In this document: positions 1-12,566 of the stretch, piece after piece | Numbering within the stretch: position 1 is the stretch's first letter | Layout: every line of letters begins with the position of its first letter | DNA from: Octopus sinensis | Lineage: Eukaryota | Assembly (NCBI RefSeq): GCF_006345805.1 | Contig: NC_043000.1 | Coordinates: forward strand, 31,434,001 to 31,498,000 | DNA length: 64,000 nt | Direction: 5' to 3' | Position numbers and translations under genes: made by a program | Notes under the pieces: generated by a model | Databases searched by the model: none | Told to the model about the DNA's origin: nothing | What the model saw: the letters and a program-made list of their open reading frames with translations, nothing else

Positions 1-41
1 CCCTCTGTGTTTAGCCCCTTGTGGGTAGTAAAGAAATAGGT
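1..41 (+). mobile_element. 3' tail of tRNA-headed SINE family A, truncated by window edge
   Basis: ccctctgtgtttagccccttgtgggtagtaaagaaataggt matches the 3' end of full copies at 35029-35257 and 41984-42220. Confidence 0.85.
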
Positions 42-429
42 ATAAAGTAAGGGAAAGATGCAAGCATAATGATAGCTATATACATTCCTCTGACGTTTTT
101 TTTTTTAAATCTGAACGTCTATCGCTGCAATCGTAGCTGTAACTCCTCTCTACTTTACATTATCCTCGAATGACGGCTTCAGAACACACCCACTTTGTAC
201 ATCTTAAACATTGGTATTTTCATTGGTATTTCCATATTCTGAGAATCAATGGATTACTCAATAAGTCATCGAATTACTCTGATTTTTAGAAGTCGACTGA
301 CGAGCTTCGCAAGTGTATTGCATGACCTCAATAATTGTATCATATTTACATCATAACAAAAACTCCTAACGAAACAAGTGTAGCAACAACATTCACAAAT
401 CCATTCGTTTGTTTTATTTCATTTATATA

Positions 430-720
430 TATCTACCCTTTACGGATTCTCTTTTGGACATTTACCCCTCCGGCTGCACCTCTCCTACCTACGGATCACT
501 GTGGACTCTACTCTTGATGAAAAATCCTTGCAATACACCACGGCGTCAAAACCTTTGAACTTTACGTAAAACTGTTCTCTCCTTGTTTTTTTCTGTGTCC
601 CTTTCTGTTGAAGAGCGTAGGCTTGAAACGTAAAAGACTTTTCAATACCTGATCGTTATACTAATACATCTGTTTGTTTTGTACACCACCTGTCTTCGTC
701 TTTCTTTTTTTTCGTGAACT

Positions 721-724
<4 letters not shown>
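430..724 (+). mobile_element. Penelope-like element 3' end / pseudo-LTR (family P1) with hammerhead-like motif at 601-636, abutting (TA)n
   Basis: Recurs at 12355-12510, 18008-18161 and 55085-55265, usually ending in ...ccc|tatata. Motif CTTT-CTGTTGA-A-GAGC-GTAG-GCTT-GAAA-C-GTA-AAAG. Confidence 0.65.
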
Positions 725-801
<77 letters not shown>

Positions 802-802
802 G

Positions 803-882
<80 letters not shown>
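724..882. repeat. (TA)n microsatellite
   Basis: Directly visible; one of dozens of such tracts in the window. Confidence 0.98.
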
Positions 883-1038
883 GTGAAATAGAAAGATGAA
901 TAATCTTGTAGTAGATTAATCAAAAGTTTAACCGATACCTTAGTAGCAAAATCACAGCAGTGAACACCACGGTTGGAGGTACAACCATCTGGCGTTGCAA
1001 CCGTGCGTTGGTGCGGATAATTGAAATTAAAACATTAT

Positions 1039-1177
1039 TGGTGAATTGAAGAAATGGAGCTGAACGCAGATTGAACAGAAATCGTTTTATTTCATTCTAC
1101 ACGTGTTTCGAAACACGTGTAGAATGAAATAAAACGATTTCTGTTCAATCTGCGTTCAGCTCCATTTCTTCAATTCA

Positions 1178-1180
<3 letters not shown>
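1039..1180. repeat. 142-bp perfect palindrome with no spacer
   Basis: tggtgaattg...gtttc|gaaac...caattcacca; axis between 1109 and 1110. Confidence 0.95.
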
Positions 1181-1226
<46 letters not shown>

Positions 1227-1227
1227 C

Positions 1228-1297
<70 letters not shown>

Positions 1298-1310
1298 ACA
1301 TATATATATA

Positions 1311-1466
1311 CAGGGTGTCCCAAAAAATGTATACACACCTTAAATAATTGTAAATTTGGGGTTATTATAATTCGAATAATTTTCAACATGTAAAAGAATT
1401 TACAAATATCATTCTATTGTCTGTTATCGCATGTTATAAAGTGTATACATTTTTGGGGACACCCTG
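1311..1466. mobile_element. Tc1/mariner-type MITE
   Basis: About 26-bp TIRs cagggtgtcccaaaaaatgtatacac / gtgtatacatttttggggacaccctg, with TA on both sides. Confidence 0.88.
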
Positions 1467-1494
1467 TATACCACACACACACACACACACACAC

Positions 1495-1562
<68 letters not shown>

Positions 1563-1934
1563 TACATATATATATATACGTGTGTGTGTGTATGTTTACG
1601 ATCATTTGGTGGTGTTTGTTGCATGTATGTGTATGCTTTTTGTTTGTGTAGAGTTAATCTATTCTATGACTGCTGGGTTTGTAGGTTGCATGTGTTTTAC
1701 ATATACAACCAACACCAATGTCATGTAATAAATAAATTACATCTATCACATGCGTTGAACTGTATATGCGCTCAATTGTCAGGCGATGAATTGTCGGTAC
1801 TCCGATAGTTAGAGAGATAGATATTGATATAGCTATGTATACCACCTGTCTTCGTCTTTTATTTTTGTTTGTAAATTCTCCCCCTATGTATGTATGTATG
1901 TATGTATGTATGTATGTGTATGTATATATATATA

Positions 1935-2880
1935 AGTTCAGCAAAATTTAGATTCAGGTGAATATGGTACTTAAGTTAAAGGCACCAGAATTTTGTATGG
2001 TATTATCCATATAAATCAAATGGGGTGATTATAATCAAAATAAGCAACAAGGATATCCAAGGTAGTGTAGTATAATCGTTTCATGCTACTTCATTTTATT
2101 AAACACTGTAAGTATTACATCAATTTTAAAATGTCGAGCAATCTTCAGCCACATATAGAATTTTTTAATTAAATGGACAATGTACATTTTTATACTTATT
2201 TCATTTGCCAACATTACAAAGAGGGTAGATATATAGACAGAGAGGTTAATTTCATCATTAAGAAAATGGTAGAAGTATGTCCTTCTCCATCTGTAGATTT
2301 TTTATCATTGAGTTCATTTTGTTATTTAGATCTATCAGTGGGGAAGGGGTTTCTTTTCTTGGTTCAATGGAGACAAACAAGATTTTTTTCTGTTTATAGA
2401 TAGAGGAGAGGGTAGTACAAACGTCAAAGCCATAAATCCATCCTCCTTATGAGGAATTTAACTCAGGCATATTTGAATGTATTTTAGCAAAAGTTAGTAG
2501 GCTAAAGTTAGTGGAGTAGGGTGAATAGAGACTACTAATGCTCTAACTTTAGCCTACTCCTTTATTTTGTAATAAGGAAATATTTTGAATTTGCGCAAAT
2601 GACTAGATGTTCGCTACATGGAACATTCCTGGGAGTCGAATCTTTTATTTGATGTTTATGTACTCTAATCCGATTTAATCGTTCTCTTTCCGTTTGATCG
2701 ATATAATTCTCTGCATTGTAGGCATAATATGAAAATACTTTGTAATTCATATTTGCATTAGCCTCCAATTCTTTCCTATTCTTGAAATTTTTGGTTATTT
2801 CCCGTTCAATTATTTCACACATCCTACAGCGAAAGCCTCTGCAGTTTGTTACCATCTCTTCCGATGTGAATTTCGCTACT
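1935..2880 (-). mobile_element. Penelope-like retroelement 3' fragment with decayed GIY-YIG endonuclease
   Basis: ORF 2562-2855(-): RCRMCEII...YIDQTERERLNRIRVHKHQI...VPCSEHL resembles the PLE CxxC / YIGQT / R..H / H..C pattern. It ends in a TA tract near 1930. Confidence 0.7.
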
Positions 2881-3399
2881 GTAACAGGTGAAGAAACTGG
2901 ACAACTAAAAGTGTTTCATTAAATTTCGGTAACAATCTTAATACCTCTGACAGAAATTACCTGAAAGCTACACATTCTGAAAGCCCTACTTCACATCGAC
3001 ACAACATCCCAAATACATAACAGAAGAGAATTTACTGATGGCGTTAGTGATGACGGGGATAAAATAGCTACAAATATAGGATGTATTATTATGTATGTAG
3101 GTTGATGCTTCTGAGATTAAATGATCAAGCTACATGTGAATGTGACAGAAAAAACTTGTAGTATATCAGCTCCTTGATCACTAATGAGGGTTTCTTCAAA
3201 ACGAATGTGCACGGATATATCTCAATCAACGATAATTCCCTACTTGAATACACGATAACACCAACAACCTGGCTCAATAGATTCTGCCAGGTGGTGTTAT
3301 TAAGACAGACATCGACTGGGATACTTATCACCAAAACGCATCTAACTTTATGTCATAAATAAAGAATTTACAATATATATGATATATATATATATATTA

Positions 3400-3436
<37 letters not shown>

Positions 3437-3438
3437 GC

Positions 3439-3496
<58 letters not shown>

Positions 3497-3678
3497 ATAT
3501 GTATATATATGTATATATATATATATATGCTTACACACATATGCATATTATATACGTACACATCTATGTGAGAGTCTGTGTGTGCCTGTATACGTATATA
3601 TGTATACGCGTATGCGTGTGTTTATGTATGCATACATACAAATATATATACATATAGATAGATGAATATCTATCTAAG

Positions 3679-3722
<44 letters not shown>

Positions 3723-4584
3723 GTGAGTGAGCGAGTAAGAGAGAAATACATGCATGCGTGCATATATACATAATGCATATTTGCATATTTCTCAACGACG
3801 ACACTCAATCGTAATATGATCGTGGTTACGTCGTCATGTTTTGTCACAGCGGACAATAGACGCAAACAACATATAAGGCGCCAGCGATTCTACCATTTCC
3901 AGCTTTTGTTAACAATGCTTAACAGACATACGTAAAAAGTATCTATGAGCGCCGTTGCTCAGCGTTTTATTTCGCTTTTTAGTTCCCTTTCATATTTATT
4001 GCTATTAAACTTTGCTCTAAGATGTCTTGATTTCGTTATCTTAAACCGAGGTAGTTATGTCTGTAAGGAAATTACTTTGATAGTTCAAGTATTAACTTGA
4101 AGAACAAAACATTTCTAAAAGACCTACGAACGCCACGCTTCAAATATAACGTTTTTTTTTCACTACGTATAAATATTCTCTTTTCCCCTTTCACTTGCAT
4201 ATACATACATATATGTACACACACGCACGCACACACACACATACATACATGTCATACATATGTATGTAATATGTATATATATATATATATACATCTATCT
4301 ATACATATGCATATATATATATACATATCTATATATACATATTTATATATATTTACATAAATAATTATATATACACCCGGATATGTCTCTGTAAACAATA
4401 ACTCTCTACTTGAGTGGGCCATAGTGCCCAAATTCTGACTTGAAAGACTTCACCAGGTGGTGCTATTAAGTTAGACATGGCTTGGGCCAATAATGGCCGA
4501 AACCTATCAAAGTATCAAAGTATCAAAGTATACATACGTACATAAGTGTATATATGTATACGTTACATATATATATGTCTATAT

Positions 4585-4679
<95 letters not shown>

Positions 4680-4879
4680 TATGTATGTATATATATAATA
4701 TATATATATATGTATATATATACATATACGTTTATATACATATATTATATATAATACATACGTACGAACATGTAATTTAAATATGAGTATATATATGCGT
4801 GTATGTGTGCATGTGTATGTAAGTAGGTAAGTAGGTAGCATATCTATCTCTATTATTTCTGTAGTTTTTCGCTTAGTGC

Positions 4880-5110
4880 CATAAGAAGATTAAGATGATT
4901 AAACTATTTAAGAATCCGAATCGCGGTTGTTGCCCTCATTATCAGTTTTTCATTAGGTAGATTCTAATATTCCAGATGGGTTGTTTTCAATGATGTCTTG
5001 TCTCTGTAGAAACTGCGTTGTCATAGAAAATGTCGTAATTGTTTGTCCGATGTAATAGTTTGATTCATGATGTTTGCAACTATCATGTTTACGTTGAAAT
5101 TTATACATTC
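4880..5110 (-). mobile_element. Second PLE-like GIY-YIG relic
   Basis: ORF 4953-5144(-) contains NYYIGQTITTFS, the GIY-YIG YIGQT motif; the rest is degenerate. Confidence 0.5.
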
Positions 5111-5494
5111 CGTTTGTTATCTGAACCACATTGTGTGGCTTCACGGCATGTGCTTACAGGCTGATAAAAAGCTTTTTAAATTTCCTCTTATTTTTGCATA
5201 TACTCTGTTTGCCATAAGACAATGTTTGATGATATACATACATGCATACATATGTATGCATGTATATAGATGTGTGCGTATCTATTTGGATCTGTGTGTG
5301 AATGTTTGTATATATACATATATACACACACACATATATATATATATATAAACACACACATACACATATACAGAGAGAGATGAATAGGTAGATTGGTAGG
5401 GAGAGAGATATACAAATAAATAGATATAGATATATACATGTGTTATTAATAGTAACACAATAGTAATAATATTCATTATCATCATATAAAAGAA

Positions 5495-5647
<153 letters not shown>

Positions 5648-6905
5648 ACTAGAGGGAGGAAAATACTCATTATGAAAGATAAGGGCAAGGGTAATACGGC
5701 TAGTAACTATAGGCCAATAATTTACTTACCATTAGTGTGGAAGCTGTTAACAGGAATGCTTTCAAGAAGCTTTTAGGACCACCTTGACAAGCAGAATTTA
5801 CTGCCAGAACAGAAAGGCTGCAGGAAGCTAGTCAGAAGAACTAGGAAAGAATTCAATATGAACGGAGGACCCCAACCAAGAGTAGGAGTAGCAAAATTAT
5901 ATCTACTTAGAAAGGAAGGTGGAAGAGGGTTAATATCAGTAGAAGACTGCGCGGAGCTAGCTAGAGTATATATAGGCTCCGATGTAGGTAATAGGGAAGA
6001 AAGTTTATTAAAAGCTGCTAGAGTGACGGCAAGACATAGGGAAAGCAAAATATTAAACGAAGTTAAAAATCAGAAAGAAGAACAGAAGCTGTCTGACTGG
6101 CAGGAGAAGTCGTTGCATGGTAGATTCCCAAAGGTAGTTCCAGCAAATAGTAGTTGTGAGACATGGTTATAGTTGCAGAATGGAAAACTGAAGAATGAGA
6201 CAGAAAGTTTGTCAGTATTTGCATAAGATCAAGCATTAAGGACTAATTGGATAAAAGCCAAGATAGGCAAAAACGAAGTAGTAGTGTAGATTATGCAAAT
6301 CAAAAGCGGAAAGCGTTACTCATACAGAAAGTGAATGTAGCATACTTGCACAGAACAAATACAAGAAAAGACATGACAATCTAGGGAGAGGAATCCACTG
6401 GGAGCTTTGTAGAAAGCTAGGATTTGACCATACTGATAAATGGTATGAACATGAACCTAGTAAAGTACTAGGACGTAAGAAATATAAGATGTTGTGGGAC
6501 TTTAACTTTCAGACTGCTGACAGAGTAATAGAAGCTAGAAGGCCTGATTTAGCAGTATTAGATAAAGAGAAAAGAAAGTGCCAGATAATTAACTTTACAG
6601 TACCAAATAATGGAAAAATTAATATGAGAAGAAGTATAGAAAAAATAGCAAAGTACGATGTCTTAGCTATTGAATTATAGAAACTATGGAAAAGTTCGGG
6701 TAACATGTATCCCAGTAGTTATAGGTGCATTGGGAACTATCCCTAAAGATCTAAACAGATGGAGAGAGGAAATAGGAATAAAACCCAGTTTAGTACAGCT
6801 TCAGAAAATAGTGTTATTTGGGATAACAAGGATAGTTAGGAGGGTTCTTGTTATAGCCTGATGTGAGGACTTTTTCGTTTCCAACAGTCTAATCTGTTGT
6901 GTGTT
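5648..6905 (+). mobile_element. R4/Dong-like non-LTR retrotransposon relic: RT N-terminal part, thumb, CCHC finger, restriction-like endonuclease; RT core deleted
   Basis: KGNTASNYRPIIYLPLVWKLLTG...EQKGCRK; LYLLRKEGGRGLISVED; RHD motif; LWDFNFQTADRVIEARRPDL; IPVVIGALGTIP. Stops and frameshifts are present. (AAT)n on both sides. Confidence 0.9.
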
Positions 6906-6930
6906 TATGAAAATAATAATTATTATTATT

Positions 6931-7465
6931 AGGCAGTGTCTCTTATGGCTTCTGTTGGAAGTGTCATCATGTACATTGTTTTGTTTTGGTATAAAAGATG
7001 GGCTACGGCAAATATTCTGCTCAATACCACAGATTTGCTTGTCAGTTGTTTGACCGTAACAAGTTGAGCATGTCTTTTAGTAACTGACGATATATGCATC
7101 TCTGATCACGAGCAGAAGTAGTTGGGGAGCATCATAGCCATGTGCAGAGAGGAATTTTGGGAGGTTTGGATAATTCACCTCTGGAAATATTGGTCTTTCG
7201 TTGAACATCCATAAACAACCCTTATTCAAGGACTTTTTGAGCGGGATGGGCTACTCGACCTGAAGGAAATTCTAACTGGGCCACACCTGCAAGGTCATGT
7301 TTGGATAATTCATATCTTAATATGAGGTCACCATGTCGCGGACACATGGTTGTGATGCATGTGTCTGGTGTACCCTTATCAGATGGGTAATCATGATGGG
7401 AATACTGGGCTTCGTATATTTTACCCCAGTGTCACTTTGATGGCATGCATTGCCCTCTCACTCAA
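6931..7465 (-). mobile_element. About 540-bp non-coding interspersed repeat associated with (TAA)n tracts
   Basis: Second copy at 22644-23375. A fragment of about 60 bp at 50703-50763 embedded in (TTA)n suggests minus-strand orientation with frequent 5' truncation. Confidence 0.75.
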
Positions 7466-7483
7466 TAATATTAATAATAATAA

Positions 7484-7670
7484 ATGTGACCCACTTGGTA
7501 AGTGGATGTGAGAGCCTTACACCAAAAGAATACAAGCGCCGCCATGATAAAGTGTGTGGGTGTATCTTCATTGGCTTTTATGCCGTAAATACCAATATGA
7601 AATAACAGAGAACTGGTATGAGCATGTACCAAGTAAAGTTATGCAGGAGGATGGATAAGTAACGATACAC
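7484..7670 (+). mobile_element. R4/Dong-like fragment (CCHC/RHD region)
   Basis: VTHLVSGCESLTPKEYKRRHDKV, then frameshifted HWLLCRKYQYEITENWYEHVPSKV; preceded by (AAT)n. Confidence 0.8.
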
Positions 7671-8255
7671 ATATATGGGCGTACCAACCTTGGCAGCGAG
7701 GCTGAAGCTATAATAATGCAAAGAAGCAGACTGTGACCTACGGAACCCTCGATAGTCTACTCGATTCAGTGATAAAGTTATTTATAAATATATGTTTAAT
7801 CGTTGAATTGGTGAATTTGCCATACAATGCCGACGATCATTTCAGTTGTATCGACATATTTAAATATAGAAAATATTGAAATTAATATCTCTGAAAATAC
7901 ATGTTAACACAATGTTTTCAAGGTGGTTCAAAATTCAAAGTGAACTCAAAGTTAAATTCAAGGCTTGAATATGCGTTTCTGCTGCACACAGTACGTTCGT
8001 TTCGGAACACGCTTGTGGAAAGACCCCGGTTGAAGCTGCATAGCAGAATATTATAGGTTGCATACGTAACTGCACACACTCCGTGCAACAGAAACGTGTG
8101 TCAGTCATTTTAACCAACTAATTATGCAATATAATCAACCGTTAAATTGAAAGAAAAATTTGAAGATGTACCAGTCTCCGTACTCTTCGTAATTATTCTC
8201 TCTCTTTCTCCCTATATATATATATATACATCTACTTGTAAACACAAGCGCAAAC

Positions 8256-8307
<52 letters not shown>

Positions 8308-8338
8308 AGAGGAGAGAGGTGGAGATGCAAATAATATA

Positions 8339-8567
8339 TATTTCTTTATTGCCCACAAGGGGCTAAACATTGAGGGGACAAACAAGGACAGACAAACGGA
8401 TTAAGTCGATCCTAGCGACCCTAGTGCATAACTGGTACTTTATTTATCGACCCCGAAAGGATGAAAGGCAAAGTCGACCTCGGCGGAATTCGAACTCAGA
8501 ACGTAGCGGCAGACGAAATACTGCTAAGCATTTCGCCCGGCGTGCTTAACGTTTCTTCCAGCTCGCC
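8339..8567 (-). mobile_element. SINE family A, full length, 12-bp TSD
   Basis: A-box-like tggnagaaacgttag and B-box gagttcgaattcc on the minus strand. gcaaataatata at 8327-8338 and 8568-8579. Confidence 0.9.
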
Positions 8568-9065
8568 GCAAATAATATAATGCTCACATGGATTCCCCCC
8601 CCCCCAATAGCCACCCAACTCTTTATCCCACGGTAAAGATCTCGGAGTATAAGTTCAAATTCTTTGAGATCTACTATTTGTTTTCATGGCTGCAGTTAGT
8701 TCCGTAAATGAAACAATTAAAAGGTAAAACTCTAAACTAAATGCCAGACTTCGCCTCAGAACACACCCAACCTTTCTTTATGACTCATTAATCAAAAGAT
8801 GAGACTGTACATGATCTTGCATTCCTGCTGTCATCGCCACGAAGCATCGTGTGCCATCATTAAATGAAGATCATTCATGACACAAACATAAATATATCAA
8901 ACAACTAATTGTGGAATCAGCCAATAATGATGTGAGGAATTTACTTAAGATCGTTTTAGATCTTTATTTTCTCCTTTAATGTAACTTAACAGGACGATAA
9001 TTAATTATATTGTCGTAATTACCTTATAAACCACGATAAGCAGTATGTATATATATGCATATCTA

Positions 9066-9085
9066 TATATCTATCTATCTGCCTG

Positions 9086-9178
<93 letters not shown>

Positions 9179-9181
9179 ATA

Positions 9182-9275
<94 letters not shown>
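9066..9275. repeat. (TATC)n/(TGTC)n/(TC)n compound microsatellite
   Basis: Directly visible. Confidence 0.97.
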
Positions 9276-9279
<4 letters not shown>

Positions 9280-9489
9280 GTCTCACTATATTTATATATA
9301 TTTATATATATATATATATATACACTCATACATACATACATTGCTTTTATGTTCAGTTATGATAAAAACAATTTTGTATCATTCTAATGGGTTACTCTTT
9401 ACTTTTGTAGAGTATAAATTTATTATTTTTTAACAAAAATAGTATTGATAGTAACTTCGAAGTTTCGGTTAGCAGTCCGTTTAAGAACA

Positions 9490-9555
<66 letters not shown>

Positions 9556-9676
9556 ATATATGTTTATATATGCTTCACCAAGTGCCACATATTAGAGGAG
9601 GCTCTTAGTAATAGTGTAGCAAAACGGCGGTGCATCACCATGGCCACAGCTCTGAGCTGGAACTAGAGGAAAAAAA

Positions 9677-9761
<85 letters not shown>

Positions 9762-9914
9762 CATATATATATACATACATATATAATATATACACTTGAA
9801 TATGTATATATATATGTATATATATGTATATATTTATGCATATATATATATATATATTTATACATATTTTAAGGATATATGCTTATATATGTATAAATAT
9901 ATATATTCTTTTTT

Positions 9915-10110
9915 CTTTTACTCATTTCAGTCATTTGACTGCGGCCATGCTGGAGCTCCGCCTTCAAAGGTTTTAGTCAAACAAATCGACCCCAGGATTT
10001 CTTTTTTTAAGCCTAGTACTTATTCTACTTTCTCTTTGGCCGAACCGCTAAGTTAGGAGGACGTAAACACAGAAACACCACTTATCAAGCAGTGATGAGG
10101 AGACAAACGC
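9915..10110 (-). mobile_element. SINE family C, 3' module
   Basis: Reverse complement of 36715-36890 (...cagcatggccgcagtc, ataagtactaggctt). Confidence 0.8.
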
Positions 10111-10262
10111 TCACACATGCATACATACATATGTATATACACATATACATGTATATACATATATATGTATATGTATAAACACATATATGTGTGTATATAC
10201 ATATGTATATATATACACATATACACGCACTCACACACGCACACACATACACGGACACACAG

Positions 10263-10304
<42 letters not shown>

Positions 10305-10469
10305 ACACACACACACATATATATATATACACTAGGCTACCCGTGACCCTTTGGGTCACCTGGAAAGTCTGAGCTTCCCAACAATGGAATAATCTTTTAA
10401 AGATGTTTTTCTTAAATGTTGTTATTGTTTTTGCTGAATAAAATTTATTGAAAAAAAGCCGCAATAATT

Positions 10470-10653
10470 ATTTGTTTCAGACACTTTATTGCGGACATGC
10501 TGGGGCACTGCTTTTAGTTGAACAAGCGACCCCAAGACTTATTCTTTGTAAACCTAGTACTTATTCTATCGGTCTTCTTTTGCCGAACTGCCATGTTACA
10601 GGAAGTAAACACACCAGCACCGGTTGTCAAGCGATGGTGGAGGAACAAATACA

Positions 10654-10694
<41 letters not shown>

Positions 10695-10745
10695 ATACAC
10701 ACACACACACATATATATACGACGGACTTCTTTCAGTTTCCATCT
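10470..10745 (-). mobile_element. SINE family C (two modules separated by a CA tract)
   Basis: Matches 36640-36890 in reverse, including gacggacttctttcagtttccatctaccaaatcc. Confidence 0.8.
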
Positions 10746-10754
10746 ACCAAATCC

Positions 10755-10821
<67 letters not shown>

Positions 10822-11708
10822 TAACAACAATAATGATAATAATAATAATAAATTCGTTTATTGGCCACAAGGGCTAACAAAAAATCAAATAAAACATGTA
10901 AGGACAAAATACAGGACGAAAGTTACAAAAAGGGTTTTGTCCGTTTGAAATGTCCGTGTAAAAATGCAAGATAACAACGAAAATATAACAAGTAAAAACT
11001 CCCAATAGGGGGAGGCGCTTCGAAAGGTTATTGCCGTGATGCCCTTTAGTGTAAATGAACTGCGGTGGTGAGCTCTCGAAATGGCCACAGATATATGTGA
11101 ATGTTGAATTTGACCGGTGATATCTGTTTATTGTGAACATGCGCGAATCGGGGATGTGCGATACAAGTATATATCGTATATATCGTGCATGCGCCAGTCA
11201 GCTCGTAGGATCGACTGCCTACGTCTGGCTAGCACGGACGCGCGTCTGCGCGTGTGCGCAAACCGGGTCCAGTCTACGCTACTAGTACCGACTTGTTTTT
11301 CAAGATGTACGTAAATTTGACCTGTGGAAGTCTGCGTACTTATGAACTCTGGACGTACCTGTGTGAGGAAAGTAAGCCTTTTTCAAATATTTTTTAATAA
11401 ATTTTATTAATTCAAAAAAAAAAATTTAATCATCAGATAAAATCTTTTTTAGTCGGTGAATTTTTAGTCGTTACATTTAACTTTTGATAAACCGTTCTAT
11501 TTGTATTTTATTAGGATATATATTTTTCATTCTGTGATTTTATGGATTCGTATTAATTTTTATGTATTTGTAGAGCATCGTTTTTTTAAGTATTTGATTA
11601 AATGTTTGAGGGGTGGTGTTTTATGTAAAGTCGTTGACCCAAAATTAATGTTTGTTCTATAACCAATGGTTCTTTGTGCGCGTGTGTGTGTGTGTGTGTG
11701 TGTGTGTG

Positions 11709-11975
11709 GAGGCGCAATGGCCCAGTGGTTAGGGCAGCGGACTCATGGTCGTAGGATCGCGGTTTCGATTCCCAGACCGGGCGTTGTGAGTGTTTATTGA
11801 GTGAAAACACCTAAAGCTCCACGAGGCTCCGGCAGGGGGTGGGGTGGCGATCCCTGCTGTATTATCTCGTCGCAACTTTCTCTCACTCTGTTGGCTAAAA
11901 CAATGCGAAGCGCATTTTGACCAGTGATGTGTAGCAACATCTGATAGCCTGGTCGGTCACGGGGATCATGGTGAT
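11709..11975 (+). mobile_element. tRNA-derived SINE family B
   Basis: Head gaggcgcaatggcccagtggttagggcagcggact...ggtttcgattcccagacc with A and B boxes. Related copies at 19583-19832 and 52275-52560; fragments at 31663-31703 and 61008-61115. Confidence 0.85.
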
Positions 11976-12199
11976 ATATATATATATATATATATACCAC
12001 CTCTACCCCCACCTGCTACCTACTCACGTACCCCAACTCTACCCCAACCCTCAGCCGAACCCACACCCCACCTGTGCTTTCCTAACTCTCGCCTCCCCCA
12101 CACCCCAACAACATTACACATCACATCACAACATACCATCCACACACCAGCACTGACCAATTCCCATCCCCACATTTTCACACCTACACGTACATACAC

Positions 12200-12509
12200 G
12201 CACACCTCCAGACCACCAGCCTTCTTTCACACGCGCATACACACACGCATTGGGGGTCATCTTTACTTTGTTATCTCCCCTACTTCTTCGCACTCTTGTG
12301 TGACCCTTCTGTCCGGCAGTCAGTCGCCATGATAGATCGTTAGCCACTATACACATTTTTTCTCTCCTTGTTTTTTCTGTGTCCCTTTCTGTAGAAGAGC
12401 GTCGGCTCGAAACGTAAAAGACTTTTTCTATTCCTGAGTGTTATACTAATACATCTGTTTGTTTTGTACACCACCTGTCTTCGTCCTGTGTTTTTTCGTA
12501 AACTCTCCC

Positions 12510-12510
<1 letters not shown>
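12200..12510 (+). mobile_element. PLE family P1 3' end, hammerhead-like motif at 12385-12420
   Basis: CTTT-CTGTAGA-A-GAGC-GTCG-GCTC-GAAA-C-GTA-AAAG; ends ccc|tatata. Confidence 0.7.

Positions 12511-12566
<56 letters not shown>

Noticed and set aside
7180-7450. HDV-like ribozyme in the 540-bp repeat
   Set aside because: I tried two P1/P2/P3 registers by hand; neither gave a consistent nested double pseudoknot.
11709-11790. tRNA-like sequences (also 19583, 36503, 52275 and SINE A heads)
   Set aside because: They have A and B boxes but no complete cloverleaf, and they continue into SINE bodies; not called as tRNA genes.
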